From positions 1,472,001 to 1,536,000 of the forward strand of contig OZ242005.1 of the NCBI GenBank assembly GCA_965204725.1: 64,000 bases of DNA. The letters are read 5' to 3'. The stretch is from Candidatus Latescibacterota bacterium. GTDB lineage: Bacteria > Latescibacterota > UBA2968 > UBA8231. The position numbers were made by a program, and so were the translations under genes. Below, piece after piece: positions 28,296-36,581 of the stretch (positions are counted from its first letter, which is position 1; every line of letters starts with the position of its first letter). Below the pieces are notes generated by a model. It did no database searches, had not been told where the DNA came from, and was given only the letters and a program-made list of their open reading frames with translations.

Positions 28296-30260
28296 TTACT
28301 GGCTCGGGGAAAACTCCGCTTCCCAGAGGGTGCGGTTCCCGGCGGCAATCCACTGGCCGACCCGGATGCGGCCGATGGCGTAGGCGGGGAGGCGGACGAT
28401 CATCATACATTGGTTGCCGACCCGCTCGCCGCGCTCGCCGAAATAGAAGCCGAGGTTGTCATAGCCGTACCGCTCGCGGTGGGCTGGCAGGTCGGCTGGG
28501 TCGGCTGGGATGACGTGCAAGACGAACTTTGCCTGCACGTCCGCGGGGGCACATGGCTCTTTGCGGTAGGTCAGCTTGCGTCCCGTGCGGTACACGCCCC
28601 AGCCGGCGCGGGTTACTTGCTCGTCGGCCTGTTCGATGAGTTGGTTCACGTAGCGTTGTTTGCGGGCGCGATGCCTTTCCGCATCGAATAGTTCGGTAGT
28701 CGTGCGGCGGAACACAACGCCGTCGGCCAGTTCGGCCACAATTTCCACGCCGGGCAGGACGCGGAGATCCGTGTCGTCGTGACCGAGAAAAGATCGATTA
28801 TAGATCGCATCAAACCAAATGATACGCGCCCCGGCCTCAATTTTGGTCCACCGCATCGCCCGCGGGGTATTTTGGTACTTTCCCAACTTTTCCGGGGCGG
28901 CGGTCCGATCCCAAAACCAAGCAAGTTCTCGGCTGTTGGTGTAAATCCTGCCCTCAATAGGGTGGTCCTGGAGGTACTGCAAGGTCTCGGACTGTTGCCA
29001 AGAGGCGGCGTTGTACGTCCCGTGTTCGTACCCGGCTCGCCATGCTTGGGCGGTAAGAATGAGGTTTTTTCCCGCTGAGAAGCCGACGTGGGCGAGGGTG
29101 CCCAGCGCGACGAGGGACGCCACAACGTAGCGGACAGCCACCATCCGGCCCGTAGCCTCAATGGACAGGAACCGATCCAGCAGGAACGCGGCCGTCAACA
29201 GCAGCGGCACGTATATCGGCAGGAGGTAGCGGCTGTCGATACCCTGAGTAACCGTGAAGGGCACGACCACGGTCATGAATGCGATGTAGCCCACGGTGAA
29301 CGCCCCGAATGGGAGTGCCGGCCCCAACCCGAAGGATGGCGGCGCGGCCTCTGGGTCTGGCTGGCGACCGCGCAGGACAGCCGCCGCGCTGATGAGGACG
29401 AGTGCCGCGACCGCCAGCCCCAGCAGGTACGCAAGTCCATCCGGCGTTTTCAGGGGGACGATCCATTCGCGGACCACCTCAACGGTCTGGTACAACCCAG
29501 CGAATAGGGACTGCCTCGAAGGTTCTGTTCGGTGCCCTGTTACTTGGATCAGGTTTCCGGTGACCGCCCAGTTGTGCGCCAATACCGCCAGCAAGGGCAG
29601 GGACGAGACCACGCCAAAGACGAGGGTGTGTTTCCACCGGGCGAGGGGCAGCAGCACGAGGACGCCGGTGCCGATTAGGGCCGCGCCCGGATAGCGGGTC
29701 AGCGCGGCCAGCGCGGTGAAAACCGCTGCCAGCAGCAGGGGCGTCCTCCCACCGCGATGGAGAAAGGCCGCCAATTGGATCGAGGCGAGGAGCGGGAACA
29801 AGACGAAGAGCGGCTCGGCCTTGATGTGGGACGCCCAACGGCTCAAGGGCAGGGAGGCCGCAATGGCCGCGGTGGCGGCCAGCACCAGCCAGCGCGACCG
29901 GAGATTGGAGCGCAGCCAGCCCCCGGCAGCGAGGATGGTCAGCCCAAAGGCGGTGGCGTTGATCCACCGACTCGCGGCCACTGGATCGATGCCGACCCAA
30001 CCGCTGGCCGTTAGCAACAGGGGGAACAAGGGCGGCCATCCCACCATCGGACTGCCCGTGAAATACCGCCAGCCCTCGCCGGCGAGGAAGTTCAGGGCCG
30101 TAGAAAGGAAAACTACGGAATCTACGGTGACCGCGGCGCCGTAGGTGGCAGTGCGGACGAGGATATGGGCGGTGCCTAGCCCGGCGAGGACGACGATGAG
30201 CAGCGCGCAGCGGTCGCGCCCCAACCGGGCGATCCACTCTCTGGCGGAACGCTTCAGCAA
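28296..30260 (-). CDS. Array copy 15 (promoter-proximal)
   Basis: 654-aa ORF, TTG start with GGAGG RBS. Confidence 0.85.
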   Translation of the reverse strand: MLKRSAREWIARLGRDRCALLIVVLAGLGTAHILVRTATYGAAVTVDSVVFLSTALNFLAGEGWRYFTGSPMVGWPPLFPLLLTASGWVGIDPVAASRWINATAFGLTILAAGGWLRSNLRSRWLVLAATAAIAASLPLSRWASHIKAEPLFVLFPLLASIQLAAFLHRGGRTPLLLAAVFTALAALTRYPGAALIGTGVLVLLPLARWKHTLVFGVVSSLPLLAVLAHNWAVTGNLIQVTGHRTEPSRQSLFAGLYQTVEVVREWIVPLKTPDGLAYLLGLAVAALVLISAAAVLRGRQPDPEAAPPSFGLGPALPFGAFTVGYIAFMTVVVPFTVTQGIDSRYLLPIYVPLLLTAAFLLDRFLSIEATGRMVAVRYVVASLVALGTLAHVGFSAGKNLILTAQAWRAGYEHGTYNAASWQQSETLQYLQDHPIEGRIYTNSRELAWFWDRTAAPEKLGKYQNTPRAMRWTKIEAGARIIWFDAIYNRSFLGHDDTDLRVLPGVEIVAELADGVVFRRTTTELFDAERHRARKQRYVNQLIEQADEQVTRAGWGVYRTGRKLTYRKEPCAPADVQAKFVLHVIPADPADLPAHRERYGYDNLGFYFGERGERVGNQCMMIVRLPAYAIGRIRVGQWIAAGNRTLWEAEFSPSQ

Positions 30261-30354
30261 ATTTCCTCCCCCATAATTTTAGCGAAAGCAGTGGAACCCT
30301 GTACCCGGGCGTACCCGCTGGCGGGTGGCAACAAACCAACAAGGCCCCGGCGGG

Positions 30355-30389
30355 ATGTACTTAAAAAATAGTACATACATTTATGTACT
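30355..30389. promoter_or_regulatory. Candidate operator: overlapping palindromes in the divergent promoter region
   Basis: ATGTACT-N8-AGTACAT overlaps AGTACATA-CATT-TATGTACT; GTAC at 30357, 30371 and 30385 (14-bp period) in an AT-rich patch. Confidence 0.45.
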
Positions 30390-30450
30390 GTCCATTGAAT
30401 GGCTGTCGCGTACCAGACGAGGCGCGCTGTCCCGGCCCCGTGCGTCGCGG

Positions 30451-30480
30451 TTGACAGAAAATCGCTGTTGTGTGGATTTT
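30451..30480 (+). promoter_or_regulatory. Possible sigma70 promoter for the SGNH/YfhO operon
   Basis: Perfect TTGACA at 30451; -10 is weak (TGtgGATTTT). Confidence 0.35.
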
Positions 30481-30491
30481 CAGAGGTCGCT

Positions 30492-31640
30492 GTGAAACTG
30501 AACGGACTGAAACGGAAAATGCGCTACGCGCCCAAGATAGCCCTCGCACTGGTCAGCTTGATCCTCGGCATCGCGCTAGGCGAACTGGCGTTGAGCCTTT
30601 TGCACCCGCAGCTCTTTCGCCGGCCCCCGGTCTGGCGCTATGACCCCGAGCTGGGTTGGAGCCACGTCCCGGACCGCGTCGGCCGCTTGGTCACTCCCGA
30701 GTTTGACGTGGAAATGCGGATCAATAGCATCGGCTTGCGCGACCGCGAGTTCGCGGACGCCAAGGCCGCGGGCGTCCGCCGCGTGGCCCTATTCGGCGAC
30801 TCGTTTGTCGAAGGCTGGGGCGTTCCCATAGAGGCCGCTGTCAGCCGTCGGCTAGAGGCCTGTCTGCGGCGGGAGAACGCCGCGGTGGAGGTCGCCAACT
30901 TCGGGGTGGCTGGCTACGGCACGGACCAAGCGCTGCTGTTTTTCGAGCAACAGGGGCCGCGCTTTGGGGCCGATGAGGTGGTGCTCTTTTTTTACGGCAA
31001 TGACCTGTGGAACAATGCTTCGCGCCGGGGCATTGGCGCGGAGCGGGGCTTCAAGCCCTACTTCCGGGTGAGGGGCAATGGGCGGCTAGTGCTGGCCGGC
31101 GTTCCGGTAAAGGAGTCGAGCTTTTGGCAACAGCCCGCTGACTCGTGGCCCCTCGCGTCGCGGTTGGAGCGGTATTTCTCGCAGCACTGGCATTTGTACC
31201 GGCTGCTGCAAAAGGCGTGGCAGCCAGAGGTGCCGCGCGGGCAGCAGCAGGATTTTTACGCCGGCCTCTACGGCGCGGATGTGCGCTTTGCCCCGGCTTG
31301 GGCACTGACCGGCCGCCTCCTCGCGGCCTTTAAGCGTAGCGTTGAGCAACGCGGGGCGCGCCTGACCGTCGTGTACGTGCCGTCGATCGTCCAAGTAGAA
31401 GAGGACAACTGGCGCGCCAAGCGCGATCTGTATGGCCTAATCGGCGAGTTCGACCTCCGCAAGCCCAATGCCCAGCTCGCCGGCTTTGCCGGGCAGCACG
31501 GATTCGCGCTGCTCGACTTGCTCGACGAGTTCAGAGAAAAGGCCCAGCACCAAACCCTGTATTGGCGCGATAGCCACTGGAACGCGGCCGGCCACGCCCT
31601 CGCGGCCGAGCGGCTCTGCGCGCATCTGCGGAGTCCCTAG
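30492..31640 (+). CDS. SGNH/GDSL hydrolase family protein (AlgX/AlgJ-like, membrane anchored)
   Basis: N-terminal TM; GDSF block I; NFGVAGYGTDQ; GND; DSHWN (DxH). Start GTG 30492 or ATG 30519. Confidence 0.85.
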   Translation: MKLNGLKRKMRYAPKIALALVSLILGIALGELALSLLHPQLFRRPPVWRYDPELGWSHVPDRVGRLVTPEFDVEMRINSIGLRDREFADAKAAGVRRVALFGDSFVEGWGVPIEAAVSRRLEACLRRENAAVEVANFGVAGYGTDQALLFFEQQGPRFGADEVVLFFYGNDLWNNASRRGIGAERGFKPYFRVRGNGRLVLAGVPVKESSFWQQPADSWPLASRLERYFSQHWHLYRLLQKAWQPEVPRGQQQDFYAGLYGADVRFAPAWALTGRLLAAFKRSVEQRGARLTVVYVPSIVQVEEDNWRAKRDLYGLIGEFDLRKPNAQLAGFAGQHGFALLDLLDEFREKAQHQTLYWRDSHWNAAGHALAAERLCAHLRSP

Positions 31641-31642
31641 CT

Positions 31643-34006
31643 GTGGAGTGGCGCAAGGATCTGGGAATGGTGGGGCTGCTCGGGGCCGCGGTCGTCGTTT
31701 TCTTTTGGCCGGCTGCCGCGCTAGAGGGGGCGTTTTTCGTGCAGGACGTGATGGTGCAAAACCATCCGTTCCGCGACTTTTTCGCCCGCGCCCTCCGCGA
31801 GGGCCACCTGCCGCTGTGGAATGCGACCATCAACTGCGGCTTCCCCCTGTTTGCCGAAGGCCAAGCCGGGCCGTTGTATCCGCCCAATGTGATTTTGGCG
31901 TTGCTTTTGCCGACTTGGGCCGCGCTAAACTGGAACGTCGTCTTGCATCTGTGGTTGGCTGGCGGGGGCATGTACGCGCTGGTGCGCGGTTTTGGCGCGG
32001 TGCGGCCGGCCGCGCTGTGCGCCGGGCTTTGCTACGCCCTGAGCGGGTACATGGTCGTGCGAGCTATGTCGCCCAACTTCATCGACGTATGCGCTTGGTT
32101 GCCGCTGCTGTTTTGGCTCGTCGATCGCATCCTGAACCGGGGGCACTTTTTTTACGCGCTGCTCTTTGCCTTGGTGCTGGGCTTGCAACTGCTGGCCGGT
32201 CATCCCCAAGCCGCCCTGTACGGGGCGGTTGCCGTGGCCGGCTACTGGCTTTATCGGAGCGGAGTTCAGGGCGTGGGATGGATCGCTTGGCCGGTGCTGG
32301 TCGGCGCGTGTGCGCTGGGGGTGGCTCTAGCCGCGGTCCAGCTCGGACCGACCGCCGAATTGGTGCAGCTATCCAATCGCGGGACCGGCCTGTCGTGGAC
32401 CGGCTTTGTCGCGATGTCGCTGCCGCCCGAACGGCTGGCCACCTTGTTGTGGCCCAACCTCTTCGGCAATTCGGCGCACGGCACGTACGGAAGCCGGGAG
32501 GTGGGCTTTTTCATTCAGCTCTGCGCCTACGTCGGCGTGGTGCCCCTGTTCTTGGCGTGGGCGGCCCTGCGCGAGCGGCGGGACGGCCAAGTCGGTTTTT
32601 TTGCCGTGCTCGCCCTCGCTGGGTTGGTGCTCGCCTTGGGCCAGTACACGGCCATTTTCTCGGTTTTTTACCAGATTCCGGGGTTTAGCCTGTTCCGCAT
32701 CCCGACGCGCTTTTTGTTGTGGTTTGCCGTGGGGGCCTCTGTGCTGTGCGGCCTCGGCCTCGACCAAGTGTTGCGCGGCCAGCGGCACCGGCCCGCCAAC
32801 GGCTGGCTGTTGGCCGCCATCCTCGGCGTGGCCAGCGTCGGCCTGCTGTGGGCCAGCGAGGTCGCGCTCTTTGGCGACGGTTCAGAACCAACGCGCTACA
32901 TCCACCACTTGCGCGGCGACGGCTTGCGGCTCGTCGGGGCGTTGGTCATCGGCGCGTGGCTGCTCGGCCGACGGGCGCGGCGCGTTGCGGCATGGGCTGC
33001 GCCCGTGGTCGTTTTTGCCGAGCTGTACAGCTTTGGCGCGGATTTTAACGGCACCATCGATCCAGCCGCGTACACTGAGACCCCGGCAACGGCCCGCCAG
33101 ATTTTGGCCGACCATCAGGCGGTTGCGCCGCCGCGGATCGTCGGTTTGGTCTCCGAGCGGAATTCGCCGTTTGACTGGCACGGGGGATGGGCCTACGACT
33201 TGGCGTCCTATCGGCGTTATAACGAGACCTTGCGGATGTATTCGGGGGGGCTGTACGGAGTGGCCAACGCCCTGCCGGGATGGAGCCCGCTGCACCTGTA
33301 TCGCCACGGGGAATTTGCTCGCGGCTATCCGGCCTTTGCCGCCTTAGCCGGCGTGGAATATGCGGTGCGCTCCGGCCGCGACGGGGACATTGACGTGCAG
33401 CGTTTGCCCACGGCCTTGCCTCGCGCCTATATGGTGGGCCAATTCTACCTCGCCCCGAGTCCGCCGGCCGGGTTGAGGTATATGGCCCGCGGGTTTGCCA
33501 TGCGGCGTGAAGTGGTCTTGGAGGAAGCGCCGACCGCCTCGATTGGGCCGGGCGGCGCGGCCCAGATCACCCGCTACGAGGACGAAGAAGTCGCCGTGGC
33601 TCTCGCCGACTCGGTCGGCGGAATTTTGGTCTTGAGCGATACCTACTATCCGGGCTGGCGGGCCTTTGTCGATGGGGTTGAACGCCCGATTCTTCGCGCC
33701 AATCACGTGTTCCGCGCCGTAGAGGTCGCAGCCGGAGCAAGAGAGGTGATCTTTTTGTACGAGCCGGATAGTTTCCGCTATGGCTTGCTGGTCAGCGTGG
33801 CCGCGGTTGGGCTTTGGTTGGGGTTGGCTTGGGGCGGCCGGCGGTGGGCCTTTCGGCCGGTGGCGAATATGCCGGCCGACGCCGGCGGGCCATGGAAGGT
33901 TCGGGCTGCGCTGGGGGCCTTGATCGTCGTGCTCCACGCCATAGCCACGCAAGGGCCTTTGTGGAGCGGGTGGCTCGACCGCCTGCGGCTAGGGGTGGGG
34001 GCGTGA
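31643..34006 (+). CDS. YfhO family membrane protein (GT-C-like)
   Basis: LPLWN..GFPLFA..Q...LYPP; LAGHPQ; FRIPTRF; C-terminal LSDTYYPGWRAFVDG..ILRANHVFRAV. Confidence 0.85.
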   Translation: MEWRKDLGMVGLLGAAVVVFFWPAAALEGAFFVQDVMVQNHPFRDFFARALREGHLPLWNATINCGFPLFAEGQAGPLYPPNVILALLLPTWAALNWNVVLHLWLAGGGMYALVRGFGAVRPAALCAGLCYALSGYMVVRAMSPNFIDVCAWLPLLFWLVDRILNRGHFFYALLFALVLGLQLLAGHPQAALYGAVAVAGYWLYRSGVQGVGWIAWPVLVGACALGVALAAVQLGPTAELVQLSNRGTGLSWTGFVAMSLPPERLATLLWPNLFGNSAHGTYGSREVGFFIQLCAYVGVVPLFLAWAALRERRDGQVGFFAVLALAGLVLALGQYTAIFSVFYQIPGFSLFRIPTRFLLWFAVGASVLCGLGLDQVLRGQRHRPANGWLLAAILGVASVGLLWASEVALFGDGSEPTRYIHHLRGDGLRLVGALVIGAWLLGRRARRVAAWAAPVVVFAELYSFGADFNGTIDPAAYTETPATARQILADHQAVAPPRIVGLVSERNSPFDWHGGWAYDLASYRRYNETLRMYSGGLYGVANALPGWSPLHLYRHGEFARGYPAFAALAGVEYAVRSGRDGDIDVQRLPTALPRAYMVGQFYLAPSPPAGLRYMARGFAMRREVVLEEAPTASIGPGGAAQITRYEDEEVAVALADSVGGILVLSDTYYPGWRAFVDGVERPILRANHVFRAVEVAAGAREVIFLYEPDSFRYGLLVSVAAVGLWLGLAWGGRRWAFRPVANMPADAGGPWKVRAALGALIVVLHAIATQGPLWSGWLDRLRLGVGA

Positions 34007-35835
34007 CGGCCGGGATCATCGGGCTGGCCGCTGGGGTGACCGCGCTCGCGATCTACGGCGTGACCCTGTGCCCGACCGTGTACGTGGAGGGGAGCGGCGA
34101 GTTGATCGGCGCGGCCTACCGATTGGGGACGGCGCATCCGACCGGGTATCCCTTGTTCTGCCTCGGCAGCCGCTTGCTCGCCTCGGCGCTGCCGTGGGTC
34201 GGTCCGGCCGTGGCAATCAATGCTGCGTCGGCTCTGTTTGCCGCCGCCTGTTGCGGGGCTTTGGCGGCCGTGCTCTACGGGCGCGGGGTGCGGCCCGTGG
34301 TCGCCTTGGCCGCGGCCTTGGTGCTGGCGTTTTCGCGCACCTTTTGGGCCCAAGCCGTCATCGCCGAGGTCTATGGCTTGGCTTTGTTGCTGGTGGTCTT
34401 GGTGTTGGTCCAAGCTCTGCGAGCGTGCGAGCGCACGGAGCCGCGCCAAGTGCTCCTCTTGGGCTGGCTCATGGGCTTGGGGCTGACGGCCCACTTGATG
34501 CAGGCGCTCGTGTGGCCGGGCGTGGTCGCGGTCTTGGCTTGGCGCTGGCCCGCGCTTTGGCGTCGGCCCCTGTTGCTGGCGCAGGGGATGCTTGCGGCCT
34601 TGGGGGGGTACAGCTTGGTGGCGTACCTGCCGCTGCGCAATGGCCAAGGCACGGGGTTTCATTGGGGGCCGCTCGGCGACTTTGCGGCCCTGTGGCAGCA
34701 CTTGAGTGGCGCGCTGTATCGCTCGTCGTTTTTTTCGCTGCCCGTCGAGGGGATGCTGCTCAACGCCCAGCGTTGGCTGGTGCAGGTAGCGGGCGAGTTC
34801 CACCCGGCGTTGCTGCCGTTGGTCGCTTGGGGCGGGTGGGCGGCTTGGCGGCGCGATCGCAGTGCCTTCGTTTTGGCTGGGGGGGCCATCGTTTGCAATT
34901 TGATTGCCGCGCTCAACTACCACCGCGATCCCAATGGCCTGCCGGTGTTTTACCTGCTCAGCATCGTGGGATTAGCCCTCTGGTTGGGCATGGGGTTGGA
35001 CGAGTTGGCTAGGCGGGTGCGGCCGGCGATCGCGGTGCCAATCGCCGCGCTCGTGGTCGCCTTGGTCCTCGTCGCGCACTACAAAGAATCCGACCGCAGC
35101 AAAAATTGGGTCGCCGACCGCTATGGTCGCGACATTCTCGCCGATTTGCCGACGGGCGCGATCCTGATTACCGAGGGAGACGATGCGTCTTTTGTGCTCG
35201 ACTACCTGTTGCGGATAGAAGGGTTGCGCCCGGATGTAACCCTGTACAACCGCATGGGACGGGGGACGGATGTACTCGCTTGGAGCGAACACGCGCTGCC
35301 GCTAAGGCCAGATCGGCGGCGCTGGCGGCGCGAGGCCGCATTGGCGCGAGGCGACCGCCCGCTGTTCTATTTTGTTCCGCGTCGCTCGCCGATTGCGGGA
35401 TGGGTCTTTGTGCCGACGGGCTTGGTTTATCGCCTACAAGCACCCGGCGACCGTCTTGGGGCTGCCTCGCCGGTCGAGATGGGCAATGCGTTGGCCACGG
35501 GCTTTTTCCGCGATCCTTGGGTGCGAAAAATTCAGAGCAATTACTATTTTATGGCCGGGGAGGAGCGCCTGTGGGCTGGGGACCGGGCCGGGGCGGCGGC
35601 CGCGTATGAGCAGGCCGCGGCCCTTGCTTTTGACTCGCGCACTGCGCGCTTTAACGTGGCGCTTAAATTGTTTGAAGTCGGCGAATTGGATCGCGCCATG
35701 GACCATGCGGCGGCGGCCGCCGCCATTGACCCTTGGCGGCCTACCCCTTATCGCTTGATGGCGCGCATCGAGCGCGAACAGGGGCACTACGACGAGGCGC
35801 GCCGCTGGAATGAAAAGGCGAGCGAGTTGCAGTGA
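34003..35835 (+). CDS. DUF2723 (TMEM260-like) GT-C membrane protein with C-terminal TPR-like helices
   Basis: PTVYVEGSGEL...LGTAHPTGYPLF; FWAQAVIAEVY; YLPLR; GDD; GTGA overlap with the YfhO gene. Confidence 0.85.
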   Translation: MTAGIIGLAAGVTALAIYGVTLCPTVYVEGSGELIGAAYRLGTAHPTGYPLFCLGSRLLASALPWVGPAVAINAASALFAAACCGALAAVLYGRGVRPVVALAAALVLAFSRTFWAQAVIAEVYGLALLLVVLVLVQALRACERTEPRQVLLLGWLMGLGLTAHLMQALVWPGVVAVLAWRWPALWRRPLLLAQGMLAALGGYSLVAYLPLRNGQGTGFHWGPLGDFAALWQHLSGALYRSSFFSLPVEGMLLNAQRWLVQVAGEFHPALLPLVAWGGWAAWRRDRSAFVLAGGAIVCNLIAALNYHRDPNGLPVFYLLSIVGLALWLGMGLDELARRVRPAIAVPIAALVVALVLVAHYKESDRSKNWVADRYGRDILADLPTGAILITEGDDASFVLDYLLRIEGLRPDVTLYNRMGRGTDVLAWSEHALPLRPDRRRWRREAALARGDRPLFYFVPRRSPIAGWVFVPTGLVYRLQAPGDRLGAASPVEMGNALATGFFRDPWVRKIQSNYYFMAGEERLWAGDRAGAAAAYEQAAALAFDSRTARFNVALKLFEVGELDRAMDHAAAAAAIDPWRPTPYRLMARIEREQGHYDEARRWNEKASELQ

Positions 35836-35896
35836 GTGTCTTGACTGGGTTATATGGGCCGTTTTTTGTAGGGCAGGACGCGAACTGTAAAAGGAC

Positions 35897-36127
35897 ATGG
35901 ATATGAAAGACCGCGAGACGCAAATAGGATCGGCCATGCCGCTATTCGGCGAGGTCGCGTCCGCTCCGCGTGCTCCCTACAGCGGCCCGGCCCGGGCGGC
36001 GCTGCACCAGCGGTTTGCCGGTCGGCTGCAAGTCAACCCGCAACTGAGCCGCAAGAAGGAAGGGTGGGACCGATTCGCGCAAGAGTTGTTCCACCACAAG
36101 CTGCGGCTGCTGCCATGGAAAAGTTAA
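35897..36127 (+). CDS. Small hypothetical protein, possible gene remnant
   Basis: 76-aa ORF with AAGGA RBS; overlaps the start of the EIIA gene. Confidence 0.35.
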   Translation: MDMKDRETQIGSAMPLFGEVASAPRAPYSGPARAALHQRFAGRLQVNPQLSRKKEGWDRFAQELFHHKLRLLPWKS

Positions 36128-36567
36128 ACCGCATACTCGATCCGAATAAGGTCGTCCTAAACCTTGCGGCGCGGCGCAACTTCGACGCCATCCGCGAATT
36201 GGCCGCCGTGCTGTGGCAAGACGCCGTGCCCGCGCCCGAGCAAAAGCGCTTGCTAGCGGCCTTGATCCGGCGGGAGCAACAGGCCTCCACGGGCATTGGC
36301 AAGGGCGTGGCCGTGCCCCATGCCCACGAGGATGCAATCCAGCACCAGCTTTTGGCCATCGGCATCTCGCAGGCCGGCATTGACTTTGACGCGCCCGATG
36401 GCCAGCCCGTCCACATCATCGCGCTGTTGGTCACCCCCCTCAAACACCAAAAACAGCACATGGCCCTGCTGGCGGCCCTGTCGCAGCGCTTGCAGCAAGA
36501 GGAAGTGCGCCAGCGCTTGCTGCAAGCGGCGGATGCGGCCGAGGTCATCGATATTTTCACGGGCTGA
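36115..36567 (+). CDS. PTS EIIA domain protein (PtsN/fructose-mannitol type)
   Basis: RE...STGIGKGVAVPHA phospho-His motif; GIDFDAPDGQPVH. Confidence 0.9.
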   Translation: MEKLNRILDPNKVVLNLAARRNFDAIRELAAVLWQDAVPAPEQKRLLAALIRREQQASTGIGKGVAVPHAHEDAIQHQLLAIGISQAGIDFDAPDGQPVHIIALLVTPLKHQKQHMALLAALSQRLQQEEVRQRLLQAADAAEVIDIFTG

Positions 36568-36581
36568 GTGCCGCGCAAATC

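Larger units (their letters stand above)
1..30260 (-). repeat. Tandem array of >=15 paralogous GT-C-like membrane protein genes (~2.0-2.3 kb period)
   Basis: The same motifs recur in every unit: AGLGTAHILVRTATYG, NFLAGEGW, WPPLFPLLL, TRYPG, RYLLPIYVP, ELADG, GQWIxEEDRTLWEAEF. Intergenic gaps are short or overlapping (GTGA/ATGA). Confidence 0.97.

Noticed and set aside
19-30144. Many recurring plus-strand and alternate-frame ORFs (e.g. MKTAAHH..., MAALVPP...)
   Set aside because: Shadow ORFs of GC-rich coding sequence; they recur only because the underlying gene is repeated.
1-30260. Diversity-generating retroelement or shufflon as the source of variation
   Set aside because: No reverse transcriptase, template repeat or site-specific recombinase in the window. 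All copies are co-oriented, and the substitutions are not visibly adenine-specific and include in-frame indels.
35860-35895. GTAGGGCAGG... as a GTAG-type REP
   Set aside because: No complete palindrome; too short to support.
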